NCBI GenBank assembly: GCA_964016885.1
Contig: OZ024740.1
Span: forward strand, 142,228,001-142,292,000
Reading direction: 5' to 3'
Length of the DNA stretch: 64,000 nucleotides
Source: Eledone cirrhosa
Taxonomy: Eukaryota
Each line of letters starts with the position of its first letter. The first letter of the stretch is position 1. Position numbers and translations under genes: made by a program. The notes under the pieces are model-generated. The model did no database searches. It was given only the letters and a program-made list of their open reading frames with translations, and had not been told where the DNA came from. Shown in pieces: positions 44,891 to 58,838 of the stretch.

Positions 44891-45505
44891 CGCCGCGAAA
44901 ACAGCTAGGAGCCAAGAACAACAACAACTTTAATAATACAGCTATAATTTGAAGCTGAGACAATTTGAAATGTTTGGACAACGGAGAGATCTGCTGTTGC
45001 TTCTATCTCATTTCAATGGCTGTCGCCGATATTAACGATGGCTGCCTTCAATTATAGCAGAGAAATTATGTCCCACTGACTGTTTCCGTTGCAACCTAGC
45101 AACCGTGCGTCAGGACAGCTTGCATCTTCGTCATTGCCGTCGTTGACTTCTTCATCTTTTTCGTCTTCTCCTCCTTCTCTTTCTTCTTCTTGTTCTTCTC
45201 CATCTTTTTCTTCTTCATATTCTTCTTCTGTTCATCATCCTCCTTCACATTTCTTTTCTCCTTCGTCTTATCCTCCTCCCTCAATGCTCATGTTGTCACC
45301 ATCACCACTCTGCTGCCACGCCACAACCACCTTCAACACTACCACATGTACCATAATACAACTACAATCACATTCTCATTGAGATTACGTACACACACAC
45401 ACATTGACACAAAGTACACAGTCACAGAGACATTCGTCATCTGTGAAAGAAATCATTTCTCGTAGAAACACCAATGTATTGATTACATACGTCAATATAT
45501 ATGTG

Positions 45506-45557
<52 letters not shown>

Positions 45558-46510
45558 CATGACTGTTCATGACGCTGTGTTGTGTTTGGAGAAACGGTGC
45601 TCATCAAATACTTTCTATAGAACATCTAATATTTCAGAAACAGGGTGTGCAACTTAAAGGGGATTTTAATGGCCGGTACCTCACCCTTGTTTTGGAACGA
45701 GTAGAGCAGTAGTTCATAACGTTTCGATTACTAAGGACCCCTGAGACTTAAATATATTTTTCTCCAACTACAATTATTCCACCACCCTCGCCCACATTTC
45801 CGGTTTGTTATACGGTGAGAAGCATCACCATCGTTCAACGGCAGTAAAAGAAAGCTGACAATCTTCCTATACCCATTGCAGCTACCAGAATCATTTGTGG
45901 CCCCATGATCGACTAGCAAGCCCTACTCATTGGTGGGATTTGAACTTCTAAGCAGAATGTGAACTCAGAATAGATACCATCAATCATCTAATTCAACATT
46001 ATAAGAATTCAGCCAATACATCTCCCGTAACTGGTATTTTATTTAATTCCTCTCGAATGGATAAAGTCAAAGTGAACGTTGGCAGCAGTTGAACTCAAAG
46101 CACAGAAAGCTGGAACAAATATCACAAGATATTCTATCTGTTGCTATAACGACTCTGCAACTCCACTATCTAAGCAGAATAGCAATCAAAATAGAGAAAC
46201 CTTTTTACTTAGAAAATAAATATCAAATTGCGTGTGTATATTATAGTTTTAAAACAAAATGCATGAAATTGTGTACATAGCTCATAGACCCCCAGTACTA
46301 CTTTGGCAGTCCACCTGGATTTAGGGTACCTAAAACTGAACACCACTTATGTAAACATAGATCTACCTACGGAGCGCCAGTTATTTGTGAAATTTTCAGA
46401 TTATCTCTCAACTATTTCTGCTAGATGGATGAACGGAGGCAATGTAAAATAAAATGTTCTGTCCAAAAATGCAAAGAAGCAGTTACAATGGAATTCAACT
46501 ACATATCAGT

Positions 46511-46700
46511 GCAGGTGCGTGGCCTAGTGGTTAGAATGTTAGACTTACGATCATAATGTGGTGGCTTTGATTCCTAGACTAGGTGGCGCGTTATGTTCTT
46601 GAGCAAAATACTTAATTTCATATTGTTCCAGTACACTCAGCTGAAAATAAGTACCAGCGGCAGCTAGGGTTTAACCCAACAATGGACTGGTGTCCTGTAC
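46511..46700 (+). mobile_element. tRNA-derived SINE
   Basis: GGCCTAGTGGTTAG A-box-like motif and TTGAGCAAAATACTT...CCAGTACACTCAGCTG body. Confidence 0.6.
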
Positions 46701-47199
46701 AGGTCGAGAGTATTCTATGCCCAGTCGCTTAACGCTGATGAAAAATGAAAGTGGGGATAAGTACTGGCCTGGTGGCTTGGGACAAACATTAACACTGTTT
46801 TTTAACATACGAGCTGAGTAGATAATTTAATACGCCGTTCACTCGATTATTTCGTTGGTGATCATGTGGTCAAAGAGGGAAGATAATAGGGTTAATAGAT
46901 AAAGGAAACAAAGTAACAAAAATAAGAGAAGATATGCGTTGTTAGAGATTTCGGTGATAAGCATCCATTTGTTCGACTAACTGAACGTCCGATTAATATA
47001 TTAACAACTACATGGTTCAGTATTCCACAGTCACATGAACCCTTGAACGTAATTCCCAACCTGAATTAGTAAGACGTACAGTCCCTCCGATGGGCTTCAT
47101 CATTGTTTCCATCCCGATTTCACACAAAAAACTTGGGTCGAAAGCTTATAAACTTACTAGCTGTTGTGGTTTAAATGTTATACTGTACAACACGGTGAC

Positions 47200-47430
47200 T
47201 GTGAAGGCGCGTGGTTTTATGGTTAGGGTGTTCGACCCACGATCGGTGGCGTGATGTGTCCTTGAACAAGACACTTTATTTCACGTTGCTCCAGTCTATT
47301 CAGTTAAAGAAAATGAATAGTACCTATGATTAAAAAGATCAACCTAGTCACACACTGTATCACATTGAATTTCCCTGAGAATTACCTGAATGGTATGCGT
47401 TTTTGTGAAATGCTCAGTCATTTGCACTGG
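47200..47430 (+). mobile_element. tRNA-derived SINE
   Basis: GGCGCGTGG...TGGTTAGGGTGTTCG and CCTTGAACAAGACACTTTATTTCACGTTGCTCCAGTC body. Confidence 0.65.
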
Positions 47431-49162
47431 AAGAGAAGGGATCCAAACTAGGGAGAAATAATGTACATTATGTATATATATTAAAGGAAGTACCTAACTT
47501 CAAGGGCGATCGCGAATTAACATACCTCATCCCCATAAAAGCTGAATAAAGTAATTTGCTTTTATAAATTGTTTTAATAATTAACACTGAAACTGTTTTA
47601 GTGAAAAAATTTAGATGACAATTCAAAATCGGTGAGAAAATAGGGAAACCTTAGATTGCAAGGGGAGGAATAGGATTTGGGTCTCTGAGAACCACTAACA
47701 CAAACAGGTGTAAACACATTGTATATATATATTATATCTTCAGAGACAGAAAAAGAAGGGATCAACAGGACTAGCTTCAATCTTTGTGTTAAGATTTAAC
47801 CAGCAATTGAATACCATTTTTACTTGTCCACGAAGAGACTGCTTTTATAAACACTATTATTTGGGGCTTTAATAAATTGGGTAGGCCAATTTGTATATAG
47901 TACACATTTTTGTTCGATTTATAAATTACTGATGCGTTAGTCCCACCACAGTCTTGATGCAGCTATTACCTCAAAAACTACTACTGGTGGTGGTGGTGGT
48001 GCTGGTGTTTCTTCTTCTTCTTCTTCTTCTTCTTCTTCTTCTTCTTCTTCTTCTTCTTCTTCTTCTTCTTCTTCTTCTTCTTCTTCACTGCTTTCCCTTC
48101 TCTTTGAAGAGATGAAGCACTGGATATTTTCTGTCTCCTATTTTAATCCCCCATTTTGCTTTTGCTTGATTAAAATCTTCATAACTACACGTTTAAAGCA
48201 AATCTTACAAAAAAAAGAAACAAAAACATCGAAGATATGTCGAAGAAATGTCTTTTCCGGTGGTGCTGACGATACAGTGGATGTGGCGTAGTCAATTAAA
48301 CTTCATTTTATCAATTGAATAAATTTAAACAGAATTCTAATCAACAATTTCTGTCTACGGAATTAACCCAGAAAATATTTAAAACATATAAAATATGACA
48401 TTGGTTCGTTTACGAAGCATTAAGGAAATTTGAAAATGTTTTGCTCTTTTGAAAAGCTGCCGTAATGCAGATGAACAATAAATAATAGTTGAATTAGTCG
48501 GATAGATTTTTCACTGGAGACTAAAAAAGTGGACAGAACCGTCTACGGGAAACAAGCCACACATCTGTTGTGGCGGTTCTCTCCACAATTTTCCGTCACC
48601 AGAGGTCTTTTATGCAACATTTTCGGCTATTATTTATAGTTGTGGCAGCTTTTTCACACAAACCATATCTTAAAATACATATTTCAAGTGTAAACATACG
48701 AGAATGTTGATTTAAGCATTTACTTTTTTATTTTAAATGACTGAGTCTTTCGTCCTTTTGAGGTCGATAAACAAAGTACCAGTTTAATACTGAAGTCGAC
48801 TCTTCTTCTTCTTCTTCTTCTTCTTCTTCTTCTTCTTCTTCTTCTTCTCCTCCTCCTCCTCCTCCTCCTCCTTCTTTTTTCCTCCCCATTTCCTCCTCCC
48901 TTTCCCTCTCTCTCCCCTTCTTCTCTAGATCTCAGCAGTATGCTACACTTGGAGAGGGATGGACTCCGCCAGGCTTAAATGACTCCAAACATGTCGTATA
49001 CCACGAAAACGCAGCATGTTTTGGTTTCGTTGATTTAAAAAAAAATGTTTTAATTAGATACAAACAATTTAAGTTGGTTATGAGGTTTCGTTATTTGTGC
49101 TCTGAAATCAAATCCCGTCGAGGTTAACTTTGACATATATTCTCTCACTCACTCTCTCTCAC

Positions 49163-49345
49163 CCCACTTGGTTGCATACGTGCTCTCGTTCTCTCCTATT
49201 TGGGATGAAATCGGTTGGTTCAGATCTGGAGAGGTCTGGGCTTCGCCAGGTTTAAATACCCAAGGCGGCGACCCTAGAACTCCAGCAGGTGTTAAGAATC
49301 CATTGTCTTGTATGGCATAATAGTTTACATTGACTGTTAGCATCA
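49163..49345 (-). CDS. Candidate internal coding exon (183 nt, phase 1-1) of an unidentified host gene
   Basis: Acceptor ttttttgcaactttgctgcAG|, donor GGG|GTgaga, length divisible by 3, open frame MLTVNVNYYAIQDNGFLTPAGVLGSPPWVFKPGEAQ...YATKW. Non-repetitive and GC-richer than its flanks. Confidence 0.5.
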
Positions 49346-49458
49346 CTGCAGCAAAGTTGCAAAAAAGCAAAAACGATAGCAAGAAAAATTCCTACATAGT
49401 CAATATCCGAAAAAAACTGAATAGAAAATAAGTAGACAAGAACATTTTGCAAAACTAG

Positions 49459-49680
49459 CTCAGAACTGAAGGAGTTCTAATTGCAGCACAAGATCAAAGC
49501 CTTTCCACCAGAAAGTACCAAGAGTAAATTATAATGCAGAACACAGTAAGTAACTGCAGAATATGTGGAGGTGGGGAAGAAACAATTAACCACATTCTCT
49601 CTGGCTGCTCAGGCTTGGCTAAAATACAATATATCTATAGGCATGATATAATTGAGATTTGCATATAGTGAAAGTTATGT
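49459..49680 (+). pseudogene. R4/Dong-type non-LTR retrotransposon fragment (CCHC knuckle region)
   Basis: TEGVLIAAQDQSLSTRKY...CRICGGGEETINHILSGC..LA...Y..RHD, with stops. Confidence 0.8.
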
Positions 49681-49869
49681 GAATACGAGGAAATACCTAC
49701 AGAAAATGGTGGTACAGATAATAACCGCAACAAAAGAAAGGATACAGAGACAAAATAGCAAAAATGACCACTTTCACCTCATAGATGGCAACGTTGCTTT
49801 TAGCCATCAACTATACCATGAAACTTCAGCTCTTCATGAAGGTGAATAAGGCTGAGATCTTGTCTATTT

Positions 49870-50860
49870 TCTCTATGTTTATATTGAGGAACACCTCCAA
49901 ACTGATCTCAGAACAGTGTTCTCTGCGTGTTTCGTTTACTTCCAGGATGGTGTATTCCCTTCCAGGACAACGCATACCAAGATCCACCAGACATCCAGAC
50001 ATTCCCCTTTGTTGCCATCCCAGAAATCCTGACCCTTACTGTGTTTCTCCCTAAATATGAAGGGAAAAGAATATGGTTGTTACTTCTATAGGGAAAAGAA
50101 TATGGTTGTTACTTCTATAGGGAACCGAGTGTCTTACGGTCAGAGCTTTTACTTTTAAAGAGCACCGAAATGCCCGCATCATTTCTGGCTCTGGAGATGT
50201 ATTCTATGTCGGGCTTTATGTCTTTCAGTGTCCTTTCCACTTCGCTCTGTGTGGCTGGCTCCCACCGTATCAGGTTTGTAGAAAAAGATTTATAAATTTT
50301 CTTTTCCGTTTCTGCCAACACCTCTGGGGGGATGGCAACATCGGCCCATACCTTTTGTAATTTGATTAATTTGGACGCATGGGCCAAACATGTGTCTTTA
50401 TCTGAAATGTTAATTGAAAAAAATGTTGCTTTTGCAGCTGTTGCTGCAAATGTATTGTTGTTGTTGTTGTTGTCTTTTGTACCGTTGTTCTTGTCTATGT
50501 TACAGTTATTTTTGCAGTGTTTCGGTTACATTGTTTTGTCATTGTGATGGCGCTGGTGCTAGTGCTGGTTGTAGTGGTGATGGTGGCTGTGGTGATTGTA
50601 GTGGTGGTGTTAGTGTTTGTGCTAGAATTGTTGTTGTTTTTGTTGTGTTCATTTTATTAATTTGTAGATTTGTGCTGATGTCGAAGGTGTTAAATTCGAG
50701 AATTCTGTCATATATTTTCCCATATTAAGTTGGTGTTGTTGGCGGTGGCCGTGTTGGTGTTGTATGTAGTGATGTTAATGACAGTGCTGAGGGTGACGCT
50801 ATTGTCAAACTGTATTTAGGTCTGCGACGCTGTCACATGACATGATTTTTTCGCTGCTCT
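49870..50860 (-). pseudogene. Possible degraded LINE ORF1/5' region
   Basis: Coding-like ORF at 50115-50387 and a short tandem duplication at ~50061-50125. No diagnostic motif. Confidence 0.25.
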
Positions 50861-51968
50861 GGCTGGATGTGGAGATGTGTGTCGCCTCCATTTAAAAAAA
50901 TGTTTGTGTGTGTAAATAGAAATTATAAACCCTGAATATTTGGGCTAAAGGCCCAAATATTATAGGGTCTTCGTTCTTGAGGGCAAGACTGATACCTTAT
51001 GTTCCCTTTGCAACAAATAATTTTTTAAAAGAACAATTTAAATAGGTGAAAACAACAAACTTACGGGATCCTACAACACCACGTCTGCACAAATCAATAA
51101 TAATAATAATGATGAACAACACAAATCAATTCTGCTACGTATCTTGCCATATATAATAACTTCAGCTGCTATTAAATCTTCTACAAGCATTAATGGCTCT
51201 GATACAAAAGTCTTCAATAAAGCGAAACACAGCATTTTCCTTGCCTTATTTCAAGAAGTTATATATTACTATTCATAAGCATGAAACTTTGGGTTAGCCT
51301 TATAAAGCTTTGAAATCCATCACAATAGTGATTTCTTGTGCTTGTTTTATTATATTTCCGATGTCAAATTAACAATTGAAACATCGCCAATATTGCCGAC
51401 ATTTCACAGGAAAGAGTTAGGTTTTCTCATTCTATCATAATTCGTCGATCAATTTTGAACGATCTGAATTTTACCTTCAAAGAGACACATAATTGTCATT
51501 AACACTTCAAATGTGAGTCTATCGGTTGGTCCAGTAGTGGGTTTATTTCGAAGTATAATAGATGCATTTATATTGTTGAAATTATGACACACCCGTGCAC
51601 ACACACAATATATATATATATACATCCACCCGCACGCCACACACATACATGTATACATGCGTACATACTAACAGGTATATAATGAGCAAAAGTTATGAAT
51701 TAAATCGATAAAGGCAGACATAATTAATTTAGTAATTACATCAAATTGCATTACATGCTTCAAAATATATATAAAATTGGACAAGAAGATAAAATGTAAA
51801 CTACGTAGGCAAACACAGAATTTCAGCAAAACAAAAGAATAGTCACAGAAGAAATGGTCGATACACATACACAAATATATAAGAAAAATAGAAAACTATA
51901 TAACAAATTTTTAAAGAACGGATATATTGAAATGCAGTAAAATATTTTTTATAAAGCCAATATCACCA

Positions 51969-52071
<103 letters not shown>

Positions 52072-52101
52072 TATTCATATGCATATATGCAACATATATA
52101 T

Positions 52102-52221
<120 letters not shown>

Positions 52222-53309
52222 TACATATATATATATATACATATGTGTATATATACGTGAGGATGCACAAACACGCACACACATATCACGTATACATTCC
52301 GAAATAAGTTTCCACAACTTCATAAGTTTTAATTATTGGCTATTTTTTAAAGTTTACTATCATTATTGATAAAAGAAATATAATAATGATAATAATTATT
52401 ATTATTATCATCATCATCAATATCATTACCATCATTATTATTATTATGTATCTATTTATTTAGTTTATTGGCCTGGATGTTTCTATATATAAAGTCAATA
52501 TTTTAAATTCCATCCAGTAAGAAAACTATATTCTCTATTCTATTGATAATTAAAATCAATGGTACCAGACGCTCCACTCTCATTCAGAGATAAAATCCAT
52601 TTTCTTCCTTTTATATAGAGTAGAATATATAAGCTAGCTCACATCATCATCAGCGTTACTTTTCATAATAAAAATAATAGGAACAGCATTAAGGCAAGAA
52701 GTTTGAACGGAAGGGGAAAGTCTATTAAATCGATCCAAGTACATTACTGGTACTTTATTTTATCGACCCCGTTAGAATGAATGCAAATCTAACCTCAGCG
52801 GGATTTGGACTAAGAACGTAAAGCGCCATAAGTATATGCTGCAAAGCATGCTGTCCGCCGCTCTACCGATACTGCCAATAGTAATAATAAATGTTTCTAA
52901 AATAGGCACAAGGCCAGTAAATTTGCAGGACGGGAAAGTCGTTTATATCGATAATGGTACTTTACTGCTAATTCAATTTATCGAGCCCGAAAGGATGGCA
53001 GACCTCGGCAGGATTTGAGCTCAGAACGTAATGATCTGGGACATATACCTCAATACAATTTTTCTATGATTCTTCCGATCCTCAACCTTTGTTTATATTC
53101 AATGATAAAAATGAATGTATATTAGTTCCAAGTTGGTTGGAGGCCGCTGTTTGTTTGGTAAAAATCTATTTTAAATTGTGCATAAGGTCTTCAAAGTGGA
53201 CACAGGTTATGTACCTTTTCCTGAGGATTTACATAAGCTCAGACAAATCGGACTACTACTTATATATATTATCTCTCTCTCTCTATATATATATCTATAT
53301 ATCTCTATA

Positions 53310-53398
<89 letters not shown>

Positions 53399-53669
53399 GG
53401 TGGGGTGGGGGGCTGTATATGCGTGAATATAAACAAAAACGAACGATACATTTTTCCTTAACTGACTCAAGCGCCTGGATAGCACATGTGTGGAACAGTC
53501 ATAGAAGCGACTCTGCTCCATGTAGTTCTGTTCTATTGTTTATGTGTAGCTTGTGTTATTTGATGATTAAAGCTTGTTTTATTTATCAGCATTTGCCCCT
53601 TATATATTTCTACTGCAATGTACCTGCTTTTTGAAGTCCTTACCAATCAATTATTACATATCTCACAAA

Positions 53670-53760
<91 letters not shown>

Positions 53761-53764
<4 letters not shown>

Positions 53765-53957
53765 TAAGGTGTGGTAAAAACCAGCTAGACCATAACCCTC
53801 CAGAGTACTCGATACTTGGGGTAGTAGAGTGGGTAAGATGAAAAGATTCAGGACCCCGACGGCTGAGCTCCGGCCGTTTCGACAGCTGGATCCGAACTAG
53901 CGGATCTAGCTGTCGAAATGGCCGGAGATCAACTTTTGTGGTCCTGAATCTTTTCAT
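53761..53957 (-). mobile_element. Half-hammerhead fold-back element in (TA)n
   Basis: Minus strand reads GACAGCTAGATCCG ctagtt CGGATCCAGCTGTC-GAAACGGC cggagctca GCCGTC-GGGG. Palindrome centred at ~53897. Confidence 0.7.
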
Positions 53958-54347
53958 ATATTTATATATATATATCTGTGTGTGTGTTGATGAGGTTATA
54001 GTATCATCTATAATCTCGCTTTGCAAACATTACACACTCAATGAAGTATGGAATGAACTTTTAAGGAATTAAACCTGTTTCAGAGTTTTAACCAAGTGTA
54101 TGTTTGCGATGTAATATGTGCACTTATATATATATATATAGAGAGAGAGAGAGACAGAGCGAGAAAGAAAGAGAGGGTGTGTGAAGAGAGAGATACAAAG
54201 AGACTATGTGACAGATATATATATATATAAAACTAGATAGTGAAATAGAACTTCCGCTGTTTGTAAACAAAGCTAATTTTCAAAACAACGCTAAGCTCTG
54301 TATCTTTCTCTCTTTCTCCCTCTCTCTCTCTATATATATATATATAT

Positions 54348-54637
54348 AACGAAGGAATTGTGGTAAAGAACCAGATGGACCATAACGCACTAAAGTACTC
54401 AATACTTAGGCTAGTAGAGTGGGAAATAGGAAAAAGTATGACCCCGACGGCAGAGCTCAAGCCGTTTCGACGGCTATTTCTGGACTAAATTAGAATTTTT
54501 AGTCCAGAAATAGTCGTCGAAACGGCTTGAGCTCTGCCGTCGGGGTTATACTTTTTCCTATTTCCCACTCTACTAGCCTAAGTATTGAGTACTTTAGTGC
54601 GTTATGGTCCATCTGGTTCTTTACCACAATTCCTTCG

Positions 54638-54639
<2 letters not shown>
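54348..54639. mobile_element. ~290-bp near-perfect palindromic half-hammerhead element in (TA)n
   Basis: Arms of ~140 bp centred at ~54493. GAAACGGC ttgagctct GCCGTC GGGG at 54519-54545 and its mirror image. Confidence 0.85.
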
Positions 54640-54727
<88 letters not shown>

Positions 54728-54832
54728 ATGAAGAGATTAGGATGTTTTTCAACGCGCTGACGTGTATGTGTGTGCGTATGTGTATATGTGTGCGTATGTG
54801 TACGTGTGTGCGTATGTGCGTATACATACATT

Positions 54833-55991
54833 ACAAGCAGGTAATACACACATCTAGGACCACATACAACACACAAGAAGGTAACACACACATCTAGGAC
54901 CACATACAACACACAAGCAGGTAATACATACATCTAGGACCACATACAACACACAAGCAGGTAATACACACATCTAGGACCACATACAACACACAAGCAG
55001 GTAATACATACATCTAGGACCACATACAACACACAAGCAGGTAATACACACATCTAGGACCACATACAACACACAAGCAGGTAATACATACATCTAGGAC
55101 CACATACAACACACAAGCAGGTAATACATACATCTAGGACCACATACAACACACAAGCAGGTAATACATACATCTAGGACCACATACAACATACAAGCAG
55201 GTAATACATACATCTAGGACCACATACAACACACAAGCAGGTAATACATACATCTAGGACCACATACAACACACAAGCAGGTAATACACACATCTAGGAC
55301 CACATACAACACACAAGCAGGTAATACATACATCTAGGACCACATACAACACACAAGCAGGTAATACATACATCTAGGACCACATACAACACACAAGCAG
55401 GTAATACACACATCTAGGACCACATACAACACACAAGCAGGTAATACATACATCTAGGACCACATACAACACACAAGCAGGTAATACACACATCTAGGAC
55501 CACATACAACACACAAGCAGGTAATACATACATCTAGGACCACATACAACACACAAGCAGGTAATACATACATCTAGGACCACATACAACACACAAGCAG
55601 GTAATACATACATCTAGGACTACATACAACACACAAGCAGGTAATACACACATCTAGGACCACATACAACACACAAGCAGGTAATACATACATCTAGGAC
55701 CACATACAACACACAAGCAGGTAATACATACATCTAGGACCACATACAACACACAAGCAGGTAATACATACATCTAGGACCACATACAACACACAAGCAG
55801 GTAATACATACATCTAGGACCACATACAACACACAAGCAGGTAATACATACATCTAGGACCACATACAACACACAAGCAGGTAATACATACATCTAGGAC
55901 CACATACAACACACAAGCAGGTAATACATACATCTAGGACCACATACAACACACAAGCAGGTAATACATACATCTAGGACCACATACAACA
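54833..55991. repeat. 40-bp tandem array, ~29 copies (acaagcaggtaataca[t/c]acatctaggaccacatacaacac)
   Basis: Head-to-tail units without spacers. Confidence 0.97.
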
Positions 55992-56520
55992 AAAAGCAGG
56001 CGAAAGAGTGGCAAACGAGCCGCTACCAGAGCAAAAGATAACAATATCGCGAGGGAGCACTGAGAAACCTTTCTAATAATTTTTGAAGCAAGCCAGTACA
56101 CTCGCAGCGTTACCTCGGGTGGAGGCTAGGCTGAGGTACTGGAACAAGCAAGCGCCTTCACGAGCTTCACCAGTTACCTCTGTTAGCCGAGCCGCCAGTG
56201 AAGATAAGAATCTCGCAGTCTGACTCCCTCAAACGTCTCTAACGCCACAGGCTGGAAAATATAGTTAGCCAACAGATCGCGGTATTTTAGGATTTTGTTC
56301 TGTTCAGCTGCGGATGCTGTGGCTCTCGCCCTTACTGCTGCATCCAGAATGTGGGAAGAAGCAAAAGAGTCACTAACTGTGATGTCCCTGGTAAGGCACC
56401 TGCCTCTTGACCAGGAGCACAGGGTAAGACCGCCAGGTCATTTCCCATCAATTCTGGACAACCCAAACGGTTTCAAAATTGAGGGGATGTTTGCTCGGGC
56501 CAAAGCTCTTCAGTGGTAAT
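55992..56520 (-). mobile_element. CRE-clade non-LTR retrotransposon 3' fragment (restriction-like endonuclease region)
   Basis: ALARANIPSILKPFGLSRIDGK*PGGLTL...RDITVSD...AAEQNKILKY...FQPVALETF, then after a frameshift LFQYLSLASTRGNAASVL. Stop at 56073-56075. Confidence 0.85.
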
Positions 56521-56761
56521 AGAACAGTGTGTGTATGTGCGCGTGCGTGAGTTTGTCGGCATTCTTTAATTAGAGATGTGTGTGCGTTATATATATGTGT
56601 GTGTGTGTGTCATATATATGAGTTTGTGTCACCATTTTTAAGTTAGAGACATATATGTGTGTATCCCCTTCCTTCCTTTTACATACATACATTCACACAA
56701 ACACACACACATTTTGTGACGGACGGATGGACAGAAGTCGCTCAAATTTATATACATGTGA

Positions 56762-57380
56762 ATGGAGTTCCACAGAAGCAGCGGGAGAAGTTCAAGTATC
56801 ATGAGTGATGGAAGGCAGGAGGCTGAATTAAGTGCAAGAATTGCAAAAGCTGATGCAGTAATGCGCCAGCTTCAGCATTCAATAATCAGAAGGGTGGTAG
56901 GTGTCTTCCTGGTATTTCTGCCAACCCTTACCGAGGGTCATGAATCTTGGGTAATGACCGAAAGAATACAATTACAAATACAAACGGCTGAAATGGGATT
57001 CCTCGGAAGGGTCTTTGGAGTAACGTTACTCGATAAAGGGCATAGCTCAAAGATCAGAGAGTCACTCCTGGTAGAACCACATGCCCATAGTATCGGAGCT
57101 GTGATTTCTCAATCACAGCTCCGATACTATGGGCATGTGGTTAGAATGTCTCAGGAAAGAATCGCTGGACACATTTTACAGGCAAAACCAAGCGTCAAGA
57201 GACCCAGAGGTAGACCCTGAGCAAGATAGTTGGATAACATCCATGAGCTTGGCTGGTCACGCTTTGGGATCCAGCTAGATCAGTTAGAGATGTTTGCTAC
57301 TGACAGACTAATGGAAAGAGTGTTTGAGGAGGACTCTGCCCCCACGACCTTCTCAGAAATAAGTAGGTGAAGAAGAAGAT
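56762..57380 (+). mobile_element. RTE-clade LINE 3' fragment
   Basis: ARIAKA, PTLTEGHESWVMT, AEMGFLGRV.GVTLLD, QLRYYGHVVRM, KRPRGRP, and a short (GAA)n tail at ~57369. Confidence 0.85.
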
Positions 57381-57515
57381 ATTGTCAATCTACTTTTCAA
57401 TTTACGTATCATATTTATAAGCATATATATTTGCATATAAAACCAATATGCACACTACATATGCTAGCAGAAAACCGCTCGAAGGCGGTTTTCTGCTAGT
57501 TTATATAATTATATA

Positions 57516-57807
<292 letters not shown>

Positions 57808-58358
57808 AACTAAACCCAATATATGTTTAGCCTCTAGTAGTGCTGCCATTTGTATATGTATGAAGTCAGGCCTCAACGTTTGGATGTGTGCATGCGTCTG
57901 TGTATGTGAGTTTGCAATGTATTCATTTTTTACGAACAGATTTAATTATGTTTTGGATAATTTCTCCAGTTTTTGTAGAGAAATGTTTCCCTCTGCTGAT
58001 ATTACTATTTATGTTACATTAAGACTATTTTGTTTTCTTTTGTTCTCATTGTCTCTGAGAAGAATACGTTGTTAGTTCGCATTCATTGGTCTGTTATTTT
58101 GAAACGGCTCGTCATAGAATATAATCATTTGGTCATTTCCTATTCTGTTATTGTTGATTTTTAAGAGCCAAGTCCGCCTCCCTTAAGCAGATCTATGATA
58201 GAAGACGTTCTATCCGTGACGAACTAGTCTTTTATTTTCATATATACTAACTGACCCAGTGGTAATTCCACAGTTAAATTAGATATATACACCCACCGAG
58301 TATTTAAGATCAATAGGAATATTTTTTTTTGTTATGTATATAAACACACAATTATGCT

Positions 58359-58457
<99 letters not shown>

Positions 58458-58666
58458 GCCATCTTCCCATAAAGACATGAGACAGTGTGGGACTAAAATT
58501 ACCTTTCCCACGTTGCAACTACTACCATAATTATCGCACACGTTCTCTTTCACTCACCCACAGATGCACACACAGACACACTCTTACCATTTTCTTTCCA
58601 GATTGATCGAGGTTTTACACGAAATATACAACAGCTTTAATATAATAGGCAATATATTGAACAATG

Positions 58667-58838
58667 AATATTTACTAATAGATAGTTGTTATGTCACCAC
58701 CTACTTCTATCTCGATATCTTAGATCCATTTCACCATCTTCAGAAACAATAATTGTTTCTGAGGATGACAGTGAGATTGATCAAAGATATTGAGACGACA
58801 AATAGGTAGTGACATAACCACTATCTATTAGTCAATAT
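58667..58838. repeat. Imperfect ~170-bp palindrome (old MITE or fold-back)
   Basis: ACTAATAGATAG...CAGAAACAAT a ATTGTTTCTG...CTATCTATTAGT. Confidence 0.65.

Noticed and set aside
46735-46760. CTGATGA...GAAA
   Set aside because: No stem II or stem I pairing.
47650-47720. Kazal-like PVC...YSSPC peptide on the minus strand
   Set aside because: The other cysteines and convincing splice sites are missing; likely chance.
54833-55991. CRISPR-like regular array
   Set aside because: Units are contiguous and near-identical with no unique spacers; no cas genes; eukaryotic context.
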